From: Nymphaea colorata | Taxonomy: Eukaryota | Length of the DNA: 64,000 nt | Assembly: GCF_008831285.2 (NCBI RefSeq) | Contig: NC_045138.2 | Span: 40,052,001 to 40,116,000, forward strand | Reading direction: 5' to 3' | Shown: positions 39,271-51,945 of the stretch, in pieces | Position numbering within the stretch: the stretch's first letter is position 1 | How the letters are laid out: every line of letters begins with the position of its first letter | Notes under the pieces: model-generated | Databases searched by the model: none | What the model was told of the DNA's origin: nothing | What the model saw: the letters and a program-made list of their open reading frames with translations, nothing else | Made by a program: the position numbers and the translations under genes

Positions 39271-42200
39271 ATGGCAGATGGTCCAGTTTCTGATGCGGTT
39301 AATAAAAATAAACTGTTTGGTATGGGATTTTCTGCTTCTTGTAACCTTGTTTACTTTGCTATTTTGTCAGCAGCAAAAATGAATTAGCAGTAAGGATCTG
39401 CGCATGTCCTGTCTGTGGTGGAAGAAACCTAAGTTTTTTCCTGGTCCTTATAGAGTAGATTCTCTGATATCTGGAAAATAGTTTTATATGTCTTGTATTT
39501 TTGCAGTTTCTTGGTATGACAGCTTTTACATCTGGACATAAGCTTGTTTTTTGTTGAGCAGATGAAATAGAAAATAACTTTCTCACCTCTTGGAAACCGG
39601 GCAACATTAAGGAAGATGTGCTGGATTTTTCCAACGAGCTGGTTCCCAAATGCAGGAAAGACACATTTAACTTGGAGAAATTGTGAGTGCCATGATCTTA
39701 AATTCACGGGATGGTAACATCTTTTGCCTGCATATAGTTGCTTTATCCTGCAAATAAGCAATAAAGAGTCGTTACTTCCTCAAGAAACAATCTGCACATC
39801 CTTCCTTTTTACCTATCCTATATGGTTTTCTGCTTTAGTTATTTTTTTGCGCTTCTTGGTCTCTTTTTTTCCTGAGTTTATATTTTTCAGTTTTTTTTAT
39901 TCATAAAAAATATACGAACCTGCTGTTTATTATCTATGAGCATCTTCCCATTTCTAGCATATCTTCCATCATATGCTTGTTGCTAAGATGTCGAACTAGA
40001 ACATTCAATTCAGGGATATGGACTTTTCATTCGATGGAGGTTTCCAGAAGTTCTCTTCCTTCAAGGTTGACATGTCTGACCTGGACTTCTCAAGCCCTTC
40101 CAGAAAGGGACAAAAGACCAAGGAAAGCAAAGCCAAGCAATCTGAGCCAGAAAAGGTGGAACAAGCCAGTGAAAGCTTCACATTCAACTTTGATTTCAAC
40201 GAGTAAGAGCTCTACGATTGCACGTATCATGAAACGCACATGTAAACACACACGACAGTTGAACTCCAGAATGGAACATTTTGTCCCTCATACAAAGCCA
40301 TGGTTATTTCAGCAAGTGCTTTTGTTTTTAATAGGTTTAACCAGCTTTCCATTTTAGTTGTTTAAGTGAACTACTATTTTCCTAGCAGGTTGGATGGGTT
40401 TGACTTATCTTCAAGTTTGTCAGAGAAGAATGGTGATTCTGGTAAACATTCACTTGACACAAGTTCTGACTCTTCCGTAAAGCATGACCAATCTGTTCGT
40501 AGTAAGTTGCCCAACAGTGTTGTCCTCACCCCAGAAAATAATGAAAACGATGATCATCGCAATTTATGCAACAAACCAATGGACAAAAGGACAGTACCAT
40601 CAGGAATTATTGTGGAAGTTGACAAGGGTTCTTCTTCATACGAAAAGAGTCCTAAAAGTCCTGATGCTATTGGAGATATTTCTCTGAAAACAGAAGCAGA
40701 TGTGCTAGCCAGCAGGGAAGGGCCAGAAAAGACTGGAAAGTTAGAGGAAGAGTTGGGGAGTAAATGCTCCAAAGAGATGAAGTCCCCACAGTCCATCAAG
40801 GATTCATCACATGGAAGTGTTTGTGGAAATGATTCAATTCATCAGACTCTTCAATTTTCAGATATTGGCGGCGACCATGGTCCAAGCAGCGGCAAAGAGT
40901 GCTCTGCAATAAAAGGTTCTAGTTGCCTCCCCTCTATGCAAGAGAGCATGAAGAGCTTTCCTTCACACCTAAGGAGTGTAGGAAGATCTGAAAAGTTTGA
41001 AACTGTGAAGGAACTGTTTGTAGGAAAATGCTCCATGGAACTTGAAAGTCCACAGACTCTGTTAAATTCGTCACCTAAAGGTATTCATCAAAATGACAGA
41101 GTCCATGATACTGGTCCACTAGATTATGTCATCAATGCTAGGCCTGCTGGAGAGATCAATGGTAAACAAGACCCACTGATGAAAAAATCTGCTGGTTCAG
41201 TTTTGAAGACTTCTACTTCTTCATTGCTAGAGAGTTTGAAGCATTTTCCTTCAAAAGGTGCCACTGAAGCTAAGAGCATTAAAAGATTTTTGGACATACC
41301 AGTTGTTGATGTCCAAGGGCCTAAAGCAGTGGGACAAAGTAAAACTGAAGTTGAAAAGTCGGTTGCACCTGACAGGCAGAAGATACAAGCAAATGGTGAA
41401 CCTTTTAGTATCACTGAACTGTAAGTTATTTATGGCCTTGATGTTAATCACAATCGGAGTTGATTCTGTTAGATTAGTTTTCTTATATGAAAGAAAGGCT
41501 TTTTCGTAAAATAATTAATGAGACAAAGGTGATGGAATGCACTACAGAGATTAGAGGGTGTTCAAGCTGACACTGGCAGGTGTAGAAAAGCTGAATCAAG
41601 CTTAAGCTTAAGCATGATAGTTCATGCACAACTGAATACTGAACATCCCTGGCCTGAGAGTGGCTTGACCAAGGTCGCGAAGAGCTCAAATGTAGCAGGA
41701 TGTTTGTTATGGACTTTGCTTGTTTGTTTCTTTGTTTCCATGACATGAAAAAGAAGAACTCATTCTCCTCACTGAAATCAAGGGAGAAACACCTCATTAA
41801 ATGCCGTGGAAAGTCTCAATTATTAACAAGTATAGTTATTGGCAAGTCTCAAAGAGGCTGTTTGAACTTGGAACATTTGACAAATGAGCTTGAGCTATCT
41901 GTTCAAGCTTGACTTTTGTATGCGCTGCACAAATTCCTACAAAGCTTATGCATGTTGAGTCTGAGGAGATTGCACTTTGGCCTCTAAAAAGTTCCAGTGC
42001 CGCATGACTGTTGGATAGTGCAGTCACATGTTGATATAACGGCCTTGAGATATTGCTGATGGTAGCTGATCTCAACGTTAGACAGAACAAAAGTAATACA
42101 CACACACACACACACACACACATACACACACACACACACATATATATATTGTGTATGTACGTATGCTTTAGTTTCCAGTTCAGAAACTGAAGTTTCTTGA

Positions 42201-45200
42201 GCACAATCAGTTTTATTTTCAAACTTTCTACTGCTGGTCAATTATTGGTTTAGTATCTTGGATTCTGCCTGTATATATTTCTTACAGGAACTCAGTAAGG
42301 GCAAAATTTAATAAGCAAAAAGAGGCATCCGGTAAAAGTTCTCCTTATTTCCTCCAGAAAACAGCTCCAAAGCAGATATGCAGTAGCAATGAGAAAAGTG
42401 GGATCATACAGTTATGTCGGCTACTGGCCCCTCCATGTATAGCATCTTTTAAGTTTTAACATTTTTGGAGAAGCGTGTATGTTTTACTTGGTGTCATTTT
42501 GGTAAAATTTCTGCAGGGGGTTGCAAAACATTGATGAAAATTCAGAGAATACATTACAGAGCTCTCCTAGAGCTGAGAAAAGCATGTCATCCTTGCCAGA
42601 ACATGATAAATATGAGAAAAACTGCCACACGGTTGGGTAAAACAATTATCTTATCACTGACTTGCTGTTTGTTTTTATGATTATTCTGCTGTCGATGTAA
42701 AAATGCAAAAGAATGCATGACACACCAACAAATCGGGCCGGTTCATTCTTAAGTTTCCATAAGATCTCTTTTCTGCTTACCTTCTTGGCTCATTGGTTGA
42801 TAAAGAAGCAAAGTTCATGATTTGTGCTTGGTTTGAATTACGTGGCAGATCTCTATCCATTGGGAAGGTCAAAACTCAAAACTGTAGGAATTAACCCAGT
42901 GACTTAGGCTGTTATCTGCTTGTTGCTTCATAGACATAGAGGCATGTATTTACACATCATGAAAGTCTCATAATGTGCTAAGCTTGTTCAGAAGGAAATA
43001 TAGCAATATTAGCCAATGGTAGCTCTATGCACTAGGCTCCAGGTTGGACTTAAGACCTTCAAGTTCAAAGAGGTCATATGGTTGATAGTTGGGCTACATC
43101 ACTTAGCATAATCTGGTGGATATCCTGCTGACCACAGATTTTCTTGCAATAAAGAAAAACGAAGAAAATTGAATGTTGCAAGAAGTAGAAATCAATGTTA
43201 TGACTAGATTGAGTGTTTGCTCAAAATGAGAAAAGTTTCAGTTTTGGCAAGAGCAATCTAATTTTACACTTATTCCAAAAAACTTGAGAAATTCCTTTGC
43301 TATATAAATTAGAAACTTTGCCTGTTACATTTAAGTGTTTGATGAAGCATATCATAGAAAAAATTTGGAATATTGATATTTTAACTTTAAGAGTTTAATT
43401 TTGATTCTTAGTTTTCACGATTGGAGAAGAAACTTTCGTGATGATTAATAATTAGGATACTATATTGAGGTCTGTTTTTTTCTCTTTGTAGCAAAAGTTC
43501 TTCGTTTCTTTCCCCAAATTCTAATTGCATATTTTGCTCTTTACTGCTTGTTTGAGCAATTTTTACAAGCTTAGTAACTTTATCTGACTTCAAAGGCATT
43601 AATACTTGTGTTGGGTTATGCCCTTTTTTTGGTTAATCCAGCATATTTCTGATAGAAGAAAAATAGTGTAGCATTAAGATGGAATTGAGTTTGAAGTCTT
43701 AACTTCCTTGCAAGGGAAAACAGTTGATACACAAAGGGATGGGGGATCTATCAATGAACACATTGAACAGGAAGTTATCAATGGACAACACCTTTAATAT
43801 CAACAACTAGGTTTTATAGATGAATTTTAAATTTTCAATTTTGAAAGTAAAACATTTTTTACATGTTCAAATGCCTTAGTTGTAACTTTTGTCAGTGTAA
43901 TGCATACATTAACAGCTGCTACCCAAGAAAATTTTCAACTGCAATGCTGAGATCTGTTCTTATACTTCTTTTGCTTTCATTTCTCAAAATCCCATATGCT
44001 TTTGCTTTGCAACTCTGTCTTTAGATATCAAAGTAGTAAAGTTTGTATTTGTATTTCATGATAGTGTTTATTTACTACAGAAAAGCAGTATAGGTTGCTT
44101 TCTCTATGTCAAGGTACCATAGCATTTACTTTAACATGGGAATGGCAATTGTCACAGGCGGGCATTCTCTTTATTCTCCAGGGTGAAGCTCAATAAAGAG
44201 TTAATGACTGATCCTAGGGCTGATACTGGGGGAACTCCTGACCTTAAAGCAGCTCTTGTTCACACCCCAAAGCAAAAAGAATCATCTTCTATGCTTACAA
44301 ATTATTATCAATGTGCATCACGACATGTAGAACTTGCAACAAATTACAAGACTATTGGTATAAAAGAAGCCAAGGTCTCTGTGTCAGAAAATGAAAAAAG
44401 GCCAAGATCTCTTTCTACTTTAAAACTTTCAAGGTGTGGCATTTCTAACAGATACTCTATTTCATTACATTAAGAATCTTTTGACTTCCATGAACCAATT
44501 TTTAGGACCCTTACAACAAATGGAGGTGAGCATGTTTCCAAAGTACAGAAGGAGCCCAAGGTAGACCTGAAGGCACCTCTAAAGAAAGCAAAAACTAGCA
44601 TCCCAGAGATGGCTATGTCCTCTAGTCTATATCTGAAGCGGAAATCACTTCAGGTTCTTATTCTTTATCTGCTTTTTAAAACTGATTGTACCGTCAAACG
44701 TGGACAGACCTCTATTCTAGAATAATGAGGTACAGAAGGCTATTCAGAACAACTTTTGGTTTATTTGATGATTTTTTTTTATATCTTGTATTTCTGAATT
44801 TTTACCAAGAAAAATTAGGTCTACATGCACTAAATTTTCTTTTCAGTTATTGGAAAGCTTCACATTTGCTCTTCCTGAGTGGGCCATAGGATGAACTATA
44901 AGCCAGGAGGTTCTCGTTAGTGTTGGAGTGTGGAGTCTGACCCCTTTCTTGCTCGCAATTTATGCTGTGGTGGTTTGACTTAGACTTCTGTACCTATAGA
45001 AGTAGAGCTTCTCTTGTAAATTGTAATGACTTCTAATATATGTGACCATGGTGTAGGAAGACACTTATCTCTCTCAACCACTTAAACCCCTGCGTTTTTG
45101 TGCCTTTGTCTCTTTCTTTTCCTATTTTGCTATCAATCTTGAAGGTCGTGAATGGGCCTCATTCCCCAACAGTTACCTGCCATATTCCATTACTGTTGGA

Positions 45201-48066
45201 AGTTTTCCAATTCAAGCCTATACTTGATTGTGATTAGTATTTTCAATTTTGTCTACCATGTAATTTTCAGGGACCTAGTATGAGAGAGCTAACCAAAAGT
45301 CCTCTGAAGCATGTGATAGAATCTCCACAGATTGAAAGCAGGTTCCTTTTTACATTCTGGTCTTTTAACTAAAGAGGCATGAACATGTCCAAATGTTTTA
45401 AATGGATCCAGATTTGACATTGGCAGGAAACGTCAGAGGGATTCCCAGATAATTGAACAAAAACAGGTTCTTATGCTGTTGTAAAACTGTGGATGCTAGC
45501 TATAACAAAAAAAATGCTGGTTTCTTTGGAAATGTTTTGTGTAGATTCTGTACTATAAATTTTTGCTTTACAACTTCTTATGGTTGGAAAGTGTCAATGT
45601 TTTGGTTGCTATAGGTACTAGATACGGTTAATGTGCAGCCATTTTCCAAGGATGCTAGGCATGATCTACTGTCAACACCATCTATTTCTACTGAAACAAG
45701 CACACCCGACATGGAAATTTCAACACCAATGGAGGATGGTAGCACCATTCAGAAAGCAGAAGCTTATGCTAAAGAGATTGAAGATGTAAGTGCTTAAGAT
45801 ATCTCGTGGATCCTGCCATTCTCATGTATTCTGCTAACAAATCATTCGTTAACCAAGTTATTGCTACTAATATAAAATTCAATTTGTTGTTCCTATATCC
45901 ATTGCATTATATATGATATTGTAGCATACTTTCTCGTACTTTTAGCTACTGTGCTCATGCTGGGTAGCCTACTGTGCCTGAAAGGAGGACCATGTGATCA
46001 AAGGCAGGAGTAAAAGAAAGTCACTATGAAAAATAACTCCATGAGGACTGCATTTTTAGCCAAATTCTCTTTCTTTCATGTTACTTATCTTGTCTGTCCA
46101 GATGAAAAATATCCGTATAAATTTCAAATTGTCTGAGATAAGCCTATGATGCAAGTCCTGGTCCAAAACTTAACAGAGTGCCTGCTTCAGCTGATTCAAA
46201 CTCTGCCCATATCTGGGCTTCAGTTGCACTTTGCACTTTAAAAGTCCATGAACTAGACTGCTACTAGGGTGAATAAACAGTTATCTACGCACCCAAAATT
46301 TTCAAAATGTCTTCATTGTAGGAATAATGACAAGTCCTGTCACACATATGAGGTGATAAAATCTACCTCCTTAAAGCACGTAAGTTCATGCAGATGGGAC
46401 CCCAAGTATGAGTGTTGAACTTAGATTGTAATAACCTAGCCCAGAACTGACGCAAGCATCTTTGTCATCCCTGGCTTGGAGTAAAAAAATTATGGACCTG
46501 GGATAAATAAACTAGGTGGTCATATCCATTTTGAACTAGGTGGTTACAATTGCTATCAGAGGTAAGTTCAACACTCATACTTGGGGTCCCATTGATAGCA
46601 ATTGCAACAACCTAGCTCAAAACAGATATGACCACCTAGTTTATTCCTGGTTCATTATTTTTTTACTCCAAACTAGGGATGAAATAGGTGCTTAAATCAG
46701 TTTTGGGCTAGGTCATTTAGACTTAGTAATTTTTTTTTTCATTTTTGTTCTTATTTTGCTATTTATTTGCATATTTTGGATCATTTTGGGAAAATTACTG
46801 ATTGTTGAATAACGCTTCCAGTTTCCATTTTTGAAAATGATATGTGTGTCTGCATCTGAGTTAGATATTCTTCCTTGTCAGTCCTTTTCTCGCATCTTAG
46901 TACCAAAGGTCATATGCTTTCGCTGTGAATAGTTGTGCTTTGGCGGCAGATGTGAATCATAATACCTAGGTTTGATGTTCAGCATGCAAATTTTCCTGCA
47001 TTAGTTAATAAAGGCCTTCATTGAAAACTCGTTAAACAAATAATATAGAGGCAAATGAAAAAGCTGCGTACGATGCAAAATCTTAAGATTCTGCATATTG
47101 TGAATGAAATATTGATAGATATGGAAGCTTTGAACAGTGAAACCACACAGAAACCATATGCTTAAGTAAAATGCCAAACTTCTGTTAACTTGATAAACAA
47201 GTATCTGCAGCTAAAGCTGTTTGCGATCAAGTTGCTAAATTCTCATGTCCTCATATAAAAGCAAAAGAGAGGATAGACTTTGTTCTTGGTTCACTTCAAA
47301 AAATGTTTGTATTTTTCCACTTTCCATATTCAATTTTTTAGAAATCACTTTAAAATGTTGGTGCTGAACCATGGGCAATGTATAGGTAGTACCTCATATG
47401 AATTTAGACATAGTTTTTATATTACAAAGAAGTTAAAGGCATTTCAGGAAAGATTTTCCAGACATAATCGCCTCTTGTACCACTTCACAGATGTGCCATA
47501 AGCTCACAAAGATGAATGAGGATAGACTTTGTTCTTGGTTCACTTCAAAAAATGTTTGTATTTTTCCACTTTCCATATTCAATTTTTTGGAAATCACTTT
47601 ACAATGTTGGTGCTGAACCATGGGCAATGTATAGGTAGTACCTCATATGGATTTAGACATAGTTTTTATATTACAAAGAAGTTAAAGGCATTTCAGGAAA
47701 GATTTTCCAGACATAATCGCCTCTTGTACCACTTCACAGATGTGCCATAAGCTCACAAAGATGAATGAAGAAGCAAAAGAATTGCTTGTTCGTGCTGTAG
47801 TCAACAACAATTTTTTGCTGCTGCTAAACCATCCAAAGTTTGAGAAGAAGATATCCTTAAAGAATTCTATTTACAAATTTTGGATAGTCATCTACAAACA
47901 TATTCTGGTCTCACAGATTTTCAATACGTAACATATGATCTTATTTTTATGGCCACAACTCAAAGCACTTGGTTTCCTGGAACTGCATCCTTCCTTTACC
48001 AAATGAAACCACATCCATTCAGTTCAGAGCTTGGCGTCCAGCATGTTGACAAAATTTATAGGCTGA
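39271..48066 (+). CDS. Uncharacterised At4g18490-like protein, ~826 aa; exons 39271-39319, 39562-39682, 40014-40202, 40389-41420, 42288-42410, 42517-42636, 44182-44433, 44506-44653, 45271-45341, 45427-45466, 45615-45785, 47740-47850, 48013-48066
   Basis: Conserved N-terminus (FLTSWK...[28 protein letters not shown]...FNFDFNELDGFDL) and C-terminus ([50 protein letters not shown]). Phases consistent, 2481 nt. Middle low-complexity exons are less certain. Confidence 0.8.
46394..46717. repeat. Interlocked inverted repeats in an intron
   Basis: 46394-46423 is the perfect reverse complement of 46563-46592; about 46430-46558 is an imperfect reverse complement of 46593-46717. Confidence 0.9.
47269..47768. 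repeat. Tandem duplication, 2 x 249 bp, spanning an intron/exon boundary
   Basis: Units start at 47269 and 47518; about 3 mismatches; GA microhomology at the junctions. Confidence 0.95.
47851..48012 (+). other. U12-type (minor spliceosome) AT-AC intron
   Basis: 5' site ATATCCTT; branch site TTCCTTTAC at 47991-47999; ends CAC at 48012. Removal restores ...[25 protein letters not shown]. Confidence 0.88.
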
Positions 48067-49836
48067 CCTTCCATCATGTGCTGCCACAGAAAGGTTAATC
48101 TTAGATCTTTCTTCAGTTTATTGATGAGGTAACATGTGCATTGCAGAATTTTGGAGTACTGTTGATAAATTCTGAGGCATGTATTTTTTCTATAATGCTT
48201 ATCAAATGCATCAAAAGTGGGTTCCTACATGTGCTGATTAATATTGATTATAGGACATGAGATGAAGGAGATTACTAGTCTTCCAGTTCAGTTGTATATT
48301 CCTGTCTGCACAGCTGGAGATTATAGTACGTATTTGCAGATTTGAATCCGCAAAGATGATTCATTTTGCTTTATGAAGTACAAATAGAATTCTTATCTAG
48401 TAATCGTTCAGAAATGTGCTTCTCTAATATGTAGAAGTGGATGCTGTACCATGCTCCCATGTATTTGTTATTGTGTCCACATTTATGTGCATGCTGCTTA
48501 GGACCTCTTCCTTGTTCAGCCTAGAGTTGGTCAGTTAAGCGGCTTAAGCCCTGGTCTGATCTACCAGTCCCGTTCTGCATGACTACACCCACTATCATGT
48601 ATGATGGAGAGATAAAACCGGAACTTAAAAAACAAGCTTTCAATCCTGTAAGCAAGCCTTAATGCTTATTCTTGAACAACCGACTTACCTGGTTTGTTTT
48701 ATGTGCAGGCATCTTGTTTCAGTGAGTGCCTGATCTTAGTGGTACTGCAGGTCGGCAGAAGCAGCTGGTGTTTCGTGCTATAGACAGTTTAACTTGAAAC
48801 AAGACCGTGTCCTCTCAGTTTCACCTAACCAGTACGTCTAATGCACTCTGATTTGTGGGTTGAACATCCAAAAGGTTCAAGGCGAATAAACGTCTCTCCC
48901 CTTAAAAGTGGTTTTCTGCTTCATTTTTGCTTAAAAACGAAAACATGTATGGAGGACAGCTTGCCTTTTGGTAGCCCTCAGGCTCGGTTGCTAGCCAAGA
49001 CGGCTAGCCGCTTTCAATTTGAGCTAAAAGCTGCTGAAAATATGCACGGTCGTAAATAGATATTTCTGCCGGGAACAAGGTAAAACACATCGTATGCAAT
49101 TTCCAGTCCTTTTCTTTTGCCACCGCATTCGTTGAGCTAAAACGTTAACGGCTGTTACGAACTTTGCGATCAATTCCTTTCAAGTCCATGCTCTAGAGAA
49201 AAAACTCAGAATGCCCAAAATTTCGTGTTGGATTTGCTTCCCCTGTTGCCATCTGTTCAAGATCGAAGCTCTCGAGGACTGGAGATTCGGCTACAGATCT
49301 TTGGACTTTGGAGTGTCGGCTCAATTTCCTATTGAGCTGTACACCTTTCCCTTTTAAGGGTAATTTCTAATATAGGCTCCACTTTCTCCCGATATTCCAT
49401 ATCGGGTACCTCGAGTATGAAAAGGACAAAAAAAGGGAAAATAATAACAACCATTTTGAACCTTATGAAGAGAAATTAGAAAACGGAAAACAAATTTTTT
49501 TTAATAAGTATGCGACTCATTTCAACTAATGAGGGTATGGCTGGCGCTGGGACAAATTTCAGAATAACCTCCACCACGAGTTCAAGAATCCAGTCCAATC
49601 GGATCGTGATATGAAATTCAAGTAAAAGAGGGGTTCGCGTCAGGAACCAGCGTTTCCTTAACATGATTCACTGCCCGTGCAAGAATTCGACATCCGGAGA
49701 CGATTTCGTAAATCAATAAAACCATTAGAAAATAATTCACTTCAGAGTTCACACTACTGCCACTTCTATCCTCTTATCCTCAAAAGCCCGACGTGAACGT
49801 TGCCTCGCACCCACACCCTCAGCACAATCCTCCACC

Positions 49837-51945
49837 ATGGCCGGACTTCTGGGTGGCTCCTCTTCCGCACTTCTTTTCGCTTCCAGAGGCCCTGCCTCTG
49901 CCTCTTCCAGACGGACCTCCATCGCTTCGACCAATGGTAAGGATCTCAATCTCATGCGTTCCCTTCGGTGTTGTGGCGGTTATTTTGTTCTTGGGTTTAT
50001 TTATTGTTTCTTCCCACGAAGCATGCCCGACCAGCAAAGCGCTTTGAAATCGAACTGACGTCAGCAATTTCACAGGTCAGATTTTTGGAAGAAACTTGAG
50101 AAAAGATTTTGTTGGTGGTCTGAGAAAGGGGAGATCTCATTTCCGACTCTCAGTTGCAAATGTGGCTACGGAACTCAGTTCCGTTGAACAGGTAAGCTTG
50201 AGCACTTCTGTTGTTTTTCTTTGCCCTTTCTTCATGAGACGCTAGACCATTGAAGGTTGCCTCTCTTGACCCGTTTCTGAAACTTCATAGACAAATCACT
50301 CTTCAAGTGTTGTTTCTCTAAGACCAGAAAACGAATGATGGAGAAAGGGGAATTTGGTTGGTTTTAAAAACACAAGTGCTCACGGTTCCGTGAGAGAGCA
50401 CATAGATGGTTAGGAGTGAGACCTTCGTTGAAGCGGATATTCGATTACTTCTGTTCTTCATTAGAGTATGAGTCAGACGTACAAATAAGAATCTCTCTGC
50501 TCAGTGCATCTATGGTGGAGAATATACGGTGTTGAAATTGCAAACACCAGTTATCATTTGCGGAATTCCTTGGCGTGGAATTTTGACGCCCATTTCAACG
50601 AATGGATGAGGCCATCTTAGAAATTTGGTAGGGTGAATAGAAACAAAAAGTTGAAAAGTAAAAGAATTCCTCACTACTATATCGTTTGGTCTTTTGAAAG
50701 TAAATACTATCAGCTTTCTTAGTATCTCGTTTCTTCTTCTGCTTATTGTCTATTAAGTTATTGCCCGGACGGCTCTTCACTTCCTCTTTCTGTTTTGATG
50801 TATAGTGATCATTTTTTATCATCCATGTTCTTCTTCAGAACTAAATTTGCATATATTTTACCTTGGTAATTTTGTGGTTATACAATTGACAGGCCGAGAA
50901 CCTTGCAGCGAAAGAAAGCCAGCGCCCCGTCTTTCCATTCTCTGCTATTGTAGGCCAGGATGAAATGAAATTATGTCTTCTGCTGAATGTGATTGACCCA
51001 AAGATTGGTGGTGTTATGATTATGGGTGATAGAGGAACTGGGAAATCCACTACTGTTAGGTCCCTTGTGGACTTGCTACCAGAAATTAAAGTCGTTGCTG
51101 GTGACCCGTTCAATTCTGATCCGAGTGATCCTGAGACAATGGGGATGGAAGTAAGAGACAAAATACTACAGGGGGAGAAGCTCCCAGTATTGACAACCAA
51201 GATTACCATGGTTGACTTGCCACTTGGTGCCACAGAAGATAGGGTCTGTGGTACGATCGATATTGAAAAGGCACTCACTGAAGGTGTTAAGGCATTTGAA
51301 CCTGGTCTACTTGCCAAAGCTAATAGAGGAATCCTTTATGTTGACGAAGTTAATCTGTTGGATGATCATTTGGTAGATGTTCTGTTAGATTCTGCAGCTT
51401 CTGGATGGAATACAGTAGAACGAGAAGGAATATCAATCTCTCATCCTGCTCGGTTTATTCTGATAGGTTCAGGAAACCCTGAAGAAGGTGAACTGAGGCC
51501 TCAGCTTCTGGACAGGTTTGGAATGCATGCACAAGTTGGGACTGTAAAGGATGCAGAATTAAGAGTTAAAATAGTTGAGGAGAGGGCAAAGTTTGACCAA
51601 AACCCAAAGGTTTTTCGAGAAGGCTACAGGGTAGAGCAGGAAAAGCTTCAAAATCAGATCTCTGGAGCAAGAGAAAACCTTTCTTCTGTTCAGATAGATC
51701 ATGACCTCCGTGTTAAGATCTCAAAGGTGTGTGCTGAACTAAACGTTGATGGACTAAGAGGGGATATTGTTACAAACAGAGCTGCAAAGGCTTTAGCTGC
51801 CTTAAAGGGCAGGGAAAAAGTGACCGCTGAAGATATAGCAGTGGTCATTCCGAACTGCTTGAGACATCGTCTTAGGAAGGACCCATTGGAGTCTATTGAT
51901 TCAGGATTGCTTGTTATAGAGAAATTCTATGAGGTTTTTAGCTGA
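49837..51945 (+). CDS. CHLI: Magnesium chelatase subunit I, chloroplastic, ~422 aa; exons 49837-49936, 50076-50191, 50893-51945
   Basis: [17 protein letters not shown], Walker [22 protein letters not shown], Walker [29 protein letters not shown]-terminus EKFYEVFS; transit peptide in exons 1-2. Confidence 0.97.

Noticed and set aside
43714..43810. Extra purine-rich exon in the At4g18490-like gene
   Set aside because: The acceptor/frame combinations I tried hit stop codons, and the flanking exons already join in phase.
47280..47750. Two near-identical 73-aa ORFs
   Set aside because: Artefacts of the 249-bp intronic duplication; TTG starts and intron-like composition.
50841..51317. Antisense ORF over CHLI (and similar antisense ORFs over the PPR, ycf45 and Nudix genes)
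   Set aside because: Shadow frames of real coding sequence.
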